Assembly: GCA_051294905.1 (NCBI GenBank)
Contig: CM119371.1
Location: 29,142,001-29,206,000 of the forward strand
Direction: 5' to 3'
From: Botryllus schlosseri
Lineage: Eukaryota
DNA: 64,000 bases
This document shows positions 51,001 to 62,590 of the stretch, in pieces. The position numbers and the translations under genes were made by a program. Each line of letters opens with the position of its first letter. Position 1 is the first letter of the stretch. The notes beneath the pieces are model-generated. The model did not search any database. It worked only from the letters and a program-made list of their open reading frames with translations, and had not been told where the DNA came from.

Positions 51001-54000
51001 TGTGATAATTTAATTCTCAGTTATTGTTCTGACACTCAAATCTCGTATACTCAAAATATAATATGCCCAAGTCAAATCGTATATGCACCGATTAGTAAAT
51101 ACTCTGTCTTACAGAATAGTATAACGACCTTTACAGTTGGATAAAAATTATCGGTCCTATGAATACAACCAGATGAATTAATTCAAGTTTGCGAGTTGTA
51201 CTGATATAGCCAAGTAAGTGAAAACTAGATTTTAAACACTTGTTAATGTTGTGAATAATTCTTTTGAGTATGGTAAGATGTTAAAATGTCTCTTTGACAA
51301 ACGGAAAGCTGGATCGGGAATAGAGTTGTAATGTTACATTACTTGTTTCAAATCAATGTGTGTATAATATCGAAACGGGACTGTGGGGAAGTTGCTAGTC
51401 ATGTTTGTCAATCCTATTTCAATGCACACTACGCCAAAGTCAAAATAATCGGTTTCGGATTAGGATTTTACAATTATTTCACACCTTTTTGAATAAGCGT
51501 CAACTTCACAGAGGATTAGGGTTGGGTCAGAAATAAGTGAAAATTTGTCGGTATTCGAATCACCGGCTACGCCGGTTCTATGGTAAACTAATTACTAAAG
51601 TAACACCTTGCGACTGATTACTAGATTTAGCAAACTATTTCGCACTTCAGCGCGCAGGTCATTCGAAATATAGGGCGCGCGCGTAATCCTCACAACAAGC
51701 CGTGTTCGCAAAACGGATGTAGTTAGTGGGTCGCACATATCAAAACGCAAGCGCAAACATCTGTTTTTCAAAATCACACAATGTACTGCGGTTTAGTGAA
51801 TTTCTCGTCGGAAATAAGTGACAATTTGTTGCTATTCAAGTTACCCACACTGATGGTTCTGATAGTCGGTATTTATTAAATCTTACCAGTGAAATCTAGT
51901 TCTGTGACAAACTGATTACTAAAATTTCACCGCGTGAGCGATCGGTATGGCTATGACACCAAGTCGTGAAAGATGGGTATGTCCGAGACATTATCTTGTC
52001 AGTGATCGCGGGGTTTTGCAAACTATTTCACACCTTTTTGAATAAGCGTCAACTTCACAAAGGATTACGGCTAGAATAGAAATAAGTGACAATTTGTTGG
52101 TATTCAAGTCTCGCCGGTGATGTATCTGTTATTCGGCACTTATTACACTTATCATGAAATTAGAGTGAGAACATAAAGCGTCAAGTTGTTGTTTTCGAAT
52201 TTTGATGTCGAGGTGATAAATTTATGCATTCAATTACAATTCAACTTCGGTTGTGTATTGAGTGATAGATTGATATGCCGGAAGTGGTATCTTGTGAGCG
52301 ATCGTAGGATTTTACAAATATTTCACATCTTTTTGAAGTGTTAGTTTGCGAACGCGACTATTGTTGATATTCGAATCACCGTCTGTCGCACGCACTGCTT
52401 AATCCTCACAACAAGCCATGTTTCCGTCTGCGCGGTTATTGTCGGTGACTCGTACATATTCAACACCACGCGAGAGATGTCTGAAAGTGCGAATCACGAC
52501 CACGAGTTCTCATTACGATTCACCGCCGCAGCCTATACCTGAAAGTACGAGTCACGACCCCGAGTTTTCACGGCGAATCACCGCCACCGCCTATAGCAAA
52601 AAAAGGCGAATCACGACCGCACCCATAAGAACACATGACACCTCACCACCCCCGCCATAAGAGATAAGGGTCACCTCACCACCCCCGGTTTTCAGGCACC
52701 TCACCACCCCGCCCATAAGAGATAAGGGTCACCTCACCACCCCCGCCATAAGACACAATGGCACCTCACCACCCCCGCCATAAGAGATAAGGGTCACCTC
52801 ACCACCCCCGGTTTTCAGGCACCTCACCACCCCGCCATAAGAAACAATTACGAATCGCGAGCGATCTATATAACTACTCACTAAAGCGTAACCGACCCGG
52901 TTGATCAATCAGCATGAGATATTATTAGTATCTTCGCATTGTGTGCGTGCCACTTCCTACATTCACTGATTGAATATTATACCTATCATTATTGAGTTCG
53001 GACTAGAAATTGATCGAATATGATGGTAAGATGTAAGTCGAGCCATTAGCTCATCTTTGTTTATAAAACTCGGTGGTTGAAAGGGCTTTGCCGCCTAAAT
53101 TTGGTTCCCGCGAAAACACAGCTGACTTCGTGGGATCGCCGCGCAAATAACTGAGGCGTTGCATTACGGTAATTTGGAATAATATTATCTCGATACCGCG
53201 AACAACGATATTCCAATTTTAGATCAAACTTTATACGGTAGCTCGGTATCGCCTTAAATTCCATTATATAAGTTCGTCTATCTATCTTATTGTGAGTTAA
53301 AAAAAATTGCGATTTCCTGCTACAAGCTCACTGCTAAATTCTGAAAAGAACAAGCAACAAACTATTATATCTTCATTTTACTCATTCAATTCCGCTTTAG
53401 TGATGCTGATTTGCACGGCTGACCAATAAATATACTTTCACTTCCGCTCTCTCTGTATTGATAAATGGTATGTCTGCTAGTCCGTCCGGTCGACCGTCCG
53501 ATATGTTGATTTAACCAGCAGCGACATTGAGCACATATGCATTCAATTTCGCGACATCAACGCCCCGCAAGCATCTCGCGCGAACATATACAGCGCAGGT
53601 GATTGGAATGATCATGGCGTAAACAGATATGTTTCCTCAGTTGATCAGAGGTGGCTCGCCGTTCCACGCCTTATCCAGGGTGGAAGGATGTAATATACTG
53701 TAATGCAGGGGTGGTAGCAACATTCCCACGCCTATTCCACCCTGAAAGGGGGAGGAACAGAGAGGTCCACCCCTGCATTACGGTGAATCATCCATATCCA
53801 CTCCTATTCCACCCCAAAACCCACGCTTATTTTTTACAGTGCACGATGAAAGTTTAATGTATATTTTCGGAATCAGTGTGACAGTAGCTTTCAAATAAGA
53901 TCAACTTTATTTAATTTGAGCGCTCGGGTCGTCAGCTATGGAATTAGCAATTACGTTGCGTTCAGATTGCTGAGCAGCATTTTCCTCCGAGCAAGCAAGC

Positions 54001-56689
54001 GTGACGACGGGTGTTGGGTATCTATCCATAGGTTAGTTATCTATAGGTGATCGATTACTGCGGGGGGATTCCCACGAAGTCAGTGGGTCGTAACGGTGGT
54101 TAGTTATCTATCTATAATATTTTTCAGATAGGCACGCCTACTGCCCTGTATGCAGTATGCAATGCAGCTTAGCCATTTATTTTTATAATTTACCGTCCAC
54201 ACGTCTTCTATCGACTTCTCGACTCCCTGCCACCATGTTGTGACGTGACTCCCTGCCACCATGTTGTGACGTAACGAAAATGTCCGATATTTTTTAAACT
54301 TCAATGGCCGATACCGATATTTCTCTCCACGCGTGATATCGTCTCGATATTATCGGCTCGCCGATAATCGGTCGGGCTCTAGTCATGAGTGTTGGCGATG
54401 TGGAAGCCGCAACGTCGTGCGTAAGCAGTACGCCACAGCTTCAGGGAAATCAGTTTACTTTCGCGACAAGAGACCAGTGTTGGGATGATGAGTCAAGTCA
54501 TCGAGTCAACTTTTTCGTATGACTTGACTTGACTTGACTCGGCGTATCAGAAATGTGGATTGACTCGTGACTCGGAACAAAATTCACGGAGCAAAATTCA
54601 CGAGTCAAATCAAATCATCAAGTAATCGGTGTCGAAAAATCACTGTAGCTTACATATGGTCGGATCGTTCGCGAAACACTGGTGTTGTTTTATGAACACA
54701 TTATTGGCGCTTATCGCCTATGCGGTCATTTGCGCCCAGTACATGAATTTCAGAAATGTCAAATGTCTTCTTGCTTTTGCTCCTTCAACGTGATCTTTTA
54801 GCTGCCATCTTTCTAGAGTTCGGCTCTCTTCCTTTGCGGACTTTACAAAGCGCTGTATTTACAGCGGGATCGGCGATGAGGAGCCCAGATAAACCTCCGA
54901 CACATAGAAACGTGGCAGAGCCGAGGCTCGAACCAGCCACACGTTGGCGTCGTGACTGCAGTGTTTAACCAACCGCGTCACCCGCTTCCTCAAACACTGG
55001 TGTGAAACGCCGTGAGAGCGACCAATCATTCGAAGATCGTTCGTTTTACTGAGCCTCCATTGTTCTCTCACGATGGAATTCATCGCAAACGAAGTGATCA
55101 AAGCTTACAGCTTACGTTGTCGTAAACTAGTACTAAAGTAATTTAATAGCAAAATGTATATTTCTGACCTAGCAAAATGTATATTTCTGACTCTGTTCTT
55201 ACCTGACTTGACTCGAAGGTAACCCTAACTTGCAATATTCTCTGCAACCTCCGTTCAAGCACATGATAACCACCTTTTCGGTGACCTGCTCCATAAATAT
55301 AACAAATCAGTAATATGGCTTTGTTCTTATCCAGAGGCACAAGTTTTACTACTAGCCCTTGCGTATCGTTAAGAACTTCATGCGTAAGCTCGTCAACGCG
55401 AGGAAGCTTGTCCGTATTATTGGCATTTAAGCACCTGCAATTTTTAACCTCAGGTTAACTAAAAATGGCGAATGCAGTTATATATATTCAATTCTGTATT
55501 CAAAATAAATTCTGTATTCAAAATAAAATCAGGAAATGTATTAGCGACACTGAACGGTCCCTTTCCCACAACTTTTTAGCTCGCGGGCCGCATTCCACAT
55601 TAGAATCCATTCGCGGGCCGCACTGCCCGAAACTGAGATACTAAGCCAACCAAAATTCGATATTGTTATTTGATTATATAGTGACTGATAACATGTAAAT
55701 CGTATTCAGGGGCGGGCAAACTGCGGCTTTCAGCGTTGATTCAGATGTGTTTCGCCATTTTTGCTAGAGAGGTTTAACCTGGTTATAAATTAATGAATCT
55801 TATCGCTTATTGACAATTGCGTATTGTTGATTATATTGTGTTTTAGCAAGACTCGTAAAACTCGTAAAATTATATGGCAAGGCAGTCCTACAGGGTTAGA
55901 GATATGCTGTCGATGGCTACCCTGGTCATCAAGATGAATCGTTGTGTTCAGAAATGACAAAAATGAACTTGATAAGTAATTGCGCGTCGCAATCATCGCA
56001 ATCATTTCCTGGATAGCAATAGTGAGTGAATACGGTTCTTGCGTTAGTATTGTAAAGACCAGCAATAAGCACAGAATTTTGGCCAAGAAAATGTCGCCCA
56101 GATTACCGAGCTGAGATGTTGATATCAGCACTTGAAGGAACTGCTCCGCACTGCTTAGAAGTCATATCAGCCTGATTCCCAACACATTGCTGCCCATGTG
56201 GACAGCGTATCACCACACTTTAATAAACTTCATTCAATAGTTGACATTTTCTTGTAATAGTTGATATTTTCTTGTAACGTCATGAATTCTTGTTTTTGAA
56301 TTTTTGTGTTGTGGCTCTTTATGATGTGCGGATCGCGCATGAAGCAGGTCTGCCCACCCCTGAATGTATTTGAACAGCTTCTTGGATGTACAGAACTTCA
56401 ATAACATATTCATATTGAAATTGGATGTACAGAACTTCAATAACATTCATATTGAAATGAATCCGAAAATCCGAATTATTTTCGGCTGAAACTTGTGAGG
56501 GGTAATCGCCAGCAACTAGTATGTCACATTTCCTCTTTTTTTGCCTATATACACGGTGTTACAGAGATTGGTAAACGTTGGTTTTGATTTGAATGCCTTG
56601 GTCCGCATATTGAGCACGCTCATTTTGGAGAGCCCTTCCAGATGTGACATGCACGCAGACATTCCAGATGTGACATGACCCTTATTTGA

Positions 56690-57230
56690 GCTCCAAAACT
56701 GCGTAAGCCCAGCGCCAACAACGAGCATGGTCCTCGTGTATTCTTCCAAGAAACGCGGCGTCACTTTCCGTGTCATCCTCGCCGTCCTTGCCAACGTATA
56801 CTCCCCTGGCCTGGGTCACCTCGTCACAACTCATTCTCAGTTGGAATTCGGGGTTCTCCTTCCGGTGCCAGAATGGGAGAGTCGCGTCAACCTGGGCATC
56901 CTTGATCCTCTTGAATCTTGATTTAAGGGGAAGGGAAGGGCTGATTTAAGGGGAAGGGAAGGGTTGACCAGAGTCTTCAGATCCGCCGACGGCTGAGTGT
57001 CAGTTCTGTGGAGTGTATCGGCGACTTCACTCAAAGCGTACCCTGGACGCACAGTCCATTCGCAGTTCACAGCTCGAATGTTGTGGATGCAACCGTGTGT
57101 ATGCGATGCCGCTCCGTACGGACCCACAAAATCCTTCGGGAATTGGCACTGATAATTTACGCCTTCACCAGGCTTCTTCTTGTAGGCTCCCTTGTACGAA
57201 CTGCTAAATTTGCAAATCACAGCGACGGCT
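56690..57230 (-). pseudogene. Unknown protein family member 2
   Basis: YQCQFPKDFVGPYG...CEW...GYALSEVADTLHR...LPFWHRKENP...SDAAFL...HARC. Frameshifted at a short duplication near 56920-56960. Confidence 0.6.
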
Positions 57231-57679
57231 CTCGGTGGCGTGATATCGCAGCCGGTAGCACGCAACCACAAAAAAATGTTTCCGGTTATCACCGACGACA
57301 TCGGTGAATTGGAAACATCAGTTCCAGATACGACGCAACAACGAGCTATGATTGGCGATATAACGAAAATGGCCTCCACCCCGCAAAACTGTACAGTGTA
57401 CAATGTGCGTCGTGCGACGCGTTGAAGAGGCGGCAGCGTTTGTTGCATTTCATGGCGATTTCGATACAAATGAGCTAGAATGCTGGCAGCGAATGACACG
57501 ACGTTCGCGTTTATGTCAATCTATCGCTGAACCAATTCGGCGTCCTTGTTCAGATTCTGTGTAGTGTGTAGTGCAAAGCCACAACGGCGATAAAACATTC
57601 CTTCAAACCATTCTGACATGGACCGATATACGATTTGCTGCTGAACCGGAATACTCAGCAGTCCAAACCGTCGCGCGCT

Positions 57680-57930
57680 CGCCCTTGTCTTACACTGGAA
57701 AGTAAATTCTGCACAAGAACTTCGAAAACTTTCGCGTACGGCGACAAACTCGTACTTTCGTGAGCAAGGCATTTACTAGTGCGCTCGTCGTCCTTGCGCA
57801 AGTCCAGCTCGTGGCAGAGTTGTGAAACGGTCGGGACCACAGACGGATCGAATTCGTCGAGTTTTTTTTTCAAATCAATAGGAACGCACACTTGGCCTGT
57901 ATCAGGATGTACGGAAAACGGACTTTCCAC
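57680..57930 (-). pseudogene. PRIM1: Eukaryotic-type DNA primase small subunit, C-terminal fragment
   Basis: SPFSVHPDTGQVCVPID...DEFDPSVVPTVSQLCHEL...TSLSPYAKVFE matches the PRIM1 C-terminal motifs. Confidence 0.85.
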
Positions 57931-58140
57931 AAATGACTGATGCTGGGAGAGTCGCGTTAACCAGGGCGTCCTTGATCCTCTTAAATCTTGATTTTAAGGG
58001 GAAGGGTTGACCACCGCGTGTATGCGTTGCCGCTCCGTACGGACGCACGAAATCCTTCGGGAATTGGCACTGATAATTTACGCCTTCACCAGGCTTCTTG
58101 TAGGCTCCCTTATACGACATGCTAAATTTGCAAATCATAG
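57930..58140 (-). pseudogene. Unknown protein family member 3 (internally deleted, abutting the primase fragment)
   Basis: ICKFSMSYKGAYKKPGEGVNYQCQFPKDFVRPYG...PFPLKSRFKRIKDALVNATLP, nearly identical to member 2. Confidence 0.65.
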
Positions 58141-61100
58141 CTGCTTGAGTGGCGAGGCGATTCTCTCCTCGCGCGTTCGACGAAGCGACCGTACTAGGAG
58201 CCGACCGGCTCCGAAACGACAGCAGTTGCTTGTGCTCGAACATCGCCAGTCTTCAGCCAATAATTAAATATGGAAATTGACCAATGCTGTCGAAAAACCG
58301 TGAATATATATAGGCCGCGACATCAGACATTTTATCAAATTAATACGTTTCTTGAGGCTTTCGCGGGTCGCCCAACACGGTGTTGCGTTGCGGGCCGTAG
58401 TTTGCCCACCCCTGCTTGAACCCCTACTATATCGCCGTTGCGGGCCGTAGTTTGCCCACCCCTGCTTGAACCCCTACTATATCGCCAAAGAGCCGTTCCA
58501 AATTGATACATTTTTTCTCACCTTTTGAACAACTCTGAAATAAAAGCGTCACGTAGGACCCCCCCCCCCCCCTACCCCGCTTACTGGTGACAAATTCTAA
58601 AGCAATTCAATGTCTTTGCTGTAATCGCTGTCCTCCAGTTCGTGTGAATCACCATCTTATCGAAACACCTCGTTCTTTCTTTGTCTTTGAATCCATAATA
58701 ATCGCAAGGGTGGCTTCTCCGTGTGCAAGCTTGTGCCCGTAACTGAATTGGTCACTGACGAGACCCGTGCTACGCATGACTTCAGTACTAACATTGTTTA
58801 CCTCACTGACCTATATAAACACAATCGTTATGCATTAATGTTTTATTGTGAGCCTGCTAATCGTTCTGCGAATATATCGGGTGTCCCCTCCTTCTGCCGT
58901 ATCTGGACGTAACCAACATGGAATGAATCCCAAATGTAAACCTGACGAATAATGTGATATTACCTCGTCTGCTTCATCCTGTACTCTTGGCAAGTTTGGC
59001 GGAAACTGATAATCCTATAATAAATATAAGATGGTGTAGGTGTCAAATTGCATTAAACGAGGAAGTAGTATGTTCCACTGGTATAATTACATGTGTTTCT
59101 TGTTTCACACAAAGTACGTGATATCGGATAAGACGGGGTGATTCAAATGGATACATTCCGACATTGGAAATATGTAACAGAACTGGGAGTGCAATAATGA
59201 AAGAAAGTGTGCCTCTGAATCAGATGATGGATCGGATGCGTGCCCCCGCACGGTTGATGGAGTCTGATGCTGTCAACTAAATCATGATACCGGAGTGAAC
59301 TTGATCCACAATAAAACACAGTATGCATAAATTTTATGCATAAATTAACGGTTACACTCGCACTCATGTGATAATAACTATAGTATAGGATGGTAGTAGT
59401 ATATAAAATCACCTCCTGAACCGTTCCAATATTGTTGGTCGCATCAACCGTTTCCCGATGTGATTCTACCTATAGGTACAATTCAACAAAGTCAGTAAAT
59501 ATACAACAATATGAATACAGAAATGTTATAATAAATATACAACAATATGAATACAGAAATGTTATAATGGCGATGTGGTTATTAATGGGAATATAGTAGA
59601 TCACCTCACGAACCGTTCGTTCCATCATGGTTATTGTCATAAACAGCGTCCCGGTGTGATGGTTGAGTCTTACTGTTCACGTTCAGTGTCCCGATGTGCT
59701 TCATCTAAAAGTAGTCTAACAAACTCAGTAAAACAGTAAATATATCATCATATTAATACAGAATTGTGATAACGGCGACGTGGTAATGAATTGGACAGTA
59801 GTAGGTCACCTCCTGATCTGATCCATCATAGTTGTTGCCAGCAACACCATTCCGGTGTGATTCCTATATAGATCATTCAACGCATTAAAGGTTATACAAT
59901 AGTTGTGTAGAGTTGCGTGTCCATGTCCTGTCCATGCAACATAACATTATCTTGATTGTTCGTAAGGAACACAACAAAACAAATTGTGACGTCATGTACC
60001 AATGTTGGATCGACCTGTTAGTAACAAGAAGCTGCACAACTTTCCATGTGATTAAATTACATAATTATAACAACTAAACCTCGCATACATTGTGCATGTT
60101 GCCAGAATTTACTGTTGAAAAAGTTGAGAATGATAGCTGTTTGTTCCAAAATGTCGGTGCTTGCACCAGGCTATTTCTCAATTTAGATGGGCGTACCTGG
60201 CATGTTATACAGAATGAATGGTAAATACAAACAACACACGACTGCACGTTTGTTCCACGATCCACCCTCTTCGATTGTTCTGCTTCACGTTGCTGTATTG
60301 TAGAAGAATAAAAAATCGTTATGTTCATGCACAACTGGCAAGATATAGACGTTACAAACCCCTGCCAGGACTCTCTTGCTCTGTCCATATGAATTGACGG
60401 TACGTACCTGTAATATCGATGGTTATTGTCATATGCTGGCGAATGCATGACATGTGGTGTTACATACGTGGTCGGAAGCATGTGTTGTGTCGACACGTGC
60501 ATCACTCTCTCCCGTAGCTATATCGGTACGAATGTTTGACGTTGTGCAAAGACAATAATAATAATCACGGACGGTATTCAACATTTGTTGACAGCGTGTA
60601 CTCTCAATTTTCTCTGCCCGGTTTGATTGAAAGAAATCCATAACTTGTTTATCGATGAGATTCTCACACAATGCGTATTGTCTTACGTCCAGTGGTGGAA
60701 TTGAATTGTCGGTCGAATTCCATAACAATAAACAGTCTTTCCCACGCGTTGATGTTATCTCCCGCCTCCTGCAGTATGTTAAAAGGTTGGTCCAAATTAG
60801 TTGTTATGACTGCAATCGTCGGTGCATTATGTTGCTTTAATCCAGCGACTTAGCTGACCACGCGCCATGGAACATCTGATTGCTGCCATAATTCCAACGT
60901 TCTTCCAAAAGGACAGACCGGCGTCGTCAACTTTTATAATTCGGCTACCTGTGGACATAACTAGTTGTCCAACATTCGTCATTTTCTATTTCCTTCATCC
61001 AACATTCGTCATTTTCTATTTCCTTCAGTGTTTTGTTTTTTCTCTTCATTTTCTGGAAGAAAAACTTTGTTGGTTTCTCGTTCTGTTCCAGATTTCGAAA

Positions 61101-61155
61101 GTTTATATAGAGTTTATACACTTGTATCGTATTTAGTCTTCTATTTTTTCAATTC

Positions 61156-61272
61156 TTTTATTTCAGCGTAGACTCCATCGCCATCTCCGTCTTCTTTTAT
61201 TTCAGCGTAGACTCCATCGCCATCTCCGTCTTCTTTTATTTCAGCGTAGACTCCATCGCCATCTCCGTCTTC
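61156..61272. repeat. 39-bp tandem repeat, three copies
   Basis: tttatttcagcgtagactccatcgccatctccgtcttct repeated. Confidence 0.9.
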
Positions 61273-62169
61273 GTTTTGTTTTCGTCTGGTGTTTTTCAGC
61301 GCGTCTATTTTAGTTATTTCGACTTTCCGTTTTTCTACGCTGTATTTGATCAGGTGTTACTCTGATATGTTGTCATATTCCGGCTTCTCGTCATGCAGTT
61401 TCTGGATTTATCCGTATAGGTGATCGTCTTCCTGGAAGATTCGAGTGTCGTTTTTCTAGTGACCATGCCCCCCTAGTTTTTATGCGGCTCGCCGGGAACC
61501 CAGATCATCGTAGTCCCCTCTCCCGTCTGATATCGGAGCTTCCTCCGGTCTGGGGTTTTAGGTTCGTCTAGTGTAGTTTTTTTAAGTAGTTTACGGAGGC
61601 ATTGTAATGGAAATGAGGAATAAATTGGAGTTTAACAAGTCCGGAAGTACCAATATATTTTACAGATAACCATTCTCGCTGTTTTGATGTTCGTATAGTC
61701 ATATCGTATGGTTGTAAAAAGGTCATATGTATGGCTGTAAAAAGGTCAGTCAAATGTTCAAAATACATTTTTATATGAAAAGGACATATGGTCCATCGCC
61801 TCAACGAGCTGCCCTCTCAAGCGGCGGCTGCAACAAAAGCTCATAGTCAGTTTCACGTCACGATGATCTTCGATCACACTCAACAGTTCTGCGACCATCA
61901 ATTGATGCCGCTCATCGGCCAGAACCTACTCATGCGCCCGGCCCATTTCGGCCGCTTGCTCCTCTGATGGGTCATGAACCTCTCGGCTCTTTGTATCCCA
62001 CAGCGAGAACACATCCATTCATGATTTAATGGCTACTCATTTTGGTCCTGTAAACACAAGTGAGCCGTGTTTCGTCGGACAATTTTCGAACAAATTCTTG
62101 GAAAAACAATGTTTTCAACTCGGGGCGAGAGCCGGGTTTCAAGCACTGTCCCTCTCCATATTAGTCCTT

Positions 62170-62590
62170 TATTGGGAACACGCAAACGCGACGTCGACTT
62201 CCGCTCGTTTATCCATCGAAGTGCCCAATCAGCCGTATCGCGCCCGCACGACATTTTTTCGACGGCGTTGAAGAGAAAATACGCTCGTTCAGATCCATTT
62301 TGTATGTGTCAATAAGGAGCGAGTACATTTCCGATTGTATATTTGCCATGGCATTCTGGAAGCCTGTATATTTTTCCATGGCATTCTGGAAGCCGTAAAG
62401 GAACCTCGCTTCCGTGACTTGCACCTCGCACGCAAACATTTCCGAATAGATTTTCGTTGACGATTTTCGCTCGTCCGCATTCAGTTTGTTCCAGTCGGCC
62501 ATATCTTTGCCGATATCGACTTCCTCGACCGTCCAGAAAGAGGCCTCGGCCTTTTTGTGCAGATTCCAGGTACTTGATCGGAAAGGGAGC
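62170..62590 (-). pseudogene. RRM2: Ribonucleotide reductase small subunit (R2) fragment, intronless
   Basis: [69 protein letters not shown]. Deletions and a 30-bp duplication. Confidence 0.92.

Larger units (their letters stand above)
39516..52878. mobile_element. Non-autonomous Polinton/Maverick-like giant palindrome
   Basis: Arms 39516-45736 and 46659-52878 are almost perfect reverse complements. Termini AGTAGT/ACTACT, 6-bp TSD cactaa (39510-39515, 52879-52884). No pPolB, integrase or capsid ORF seen. Confidence 0.8.
33717..53841. mobile_element. CACTA/EnSpm-type element (20 kb including nested insertions)
   Basis: Termini CACTGTAAAAA...TTTTTACAGTG, 2-bp TSD CA, CCACCCC/GGGTGG subterminal repeats at both ends. 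Removing it rejoins the host fold-back MITE. Confidence 0.72.
31571..54046. mobile_element. Fold-back MITE (about 580 bp when empty) hosting piggyBac and CACTA insertions
   Basis: About 195-bp inverted repeats 31571-31763 and 53853-54046 starting CTATAG; gtgat on both flanks; hairpin core at about 33560-33700. Confidence 0.8.
30597..54381 (-). mobile_element. hAT transposon expanded to 23.8 kb by nested insertions
   Basis: TIR tagagcccgaccgat/atcggtcgggctcta, perfect 8-bp TSD gtcatgag (30589-30596, 54382-54389), CCGATA subterminal repeats at both ends. Confidence 0.9.

Noticed and set aside
39734..52660. Mirrored short ORFs (60-155 aa) in the palindrome arms
   Set aside because: They are duplicated only because of the inverted repeat, have no recognisable motifs, and have chance-level lengths.
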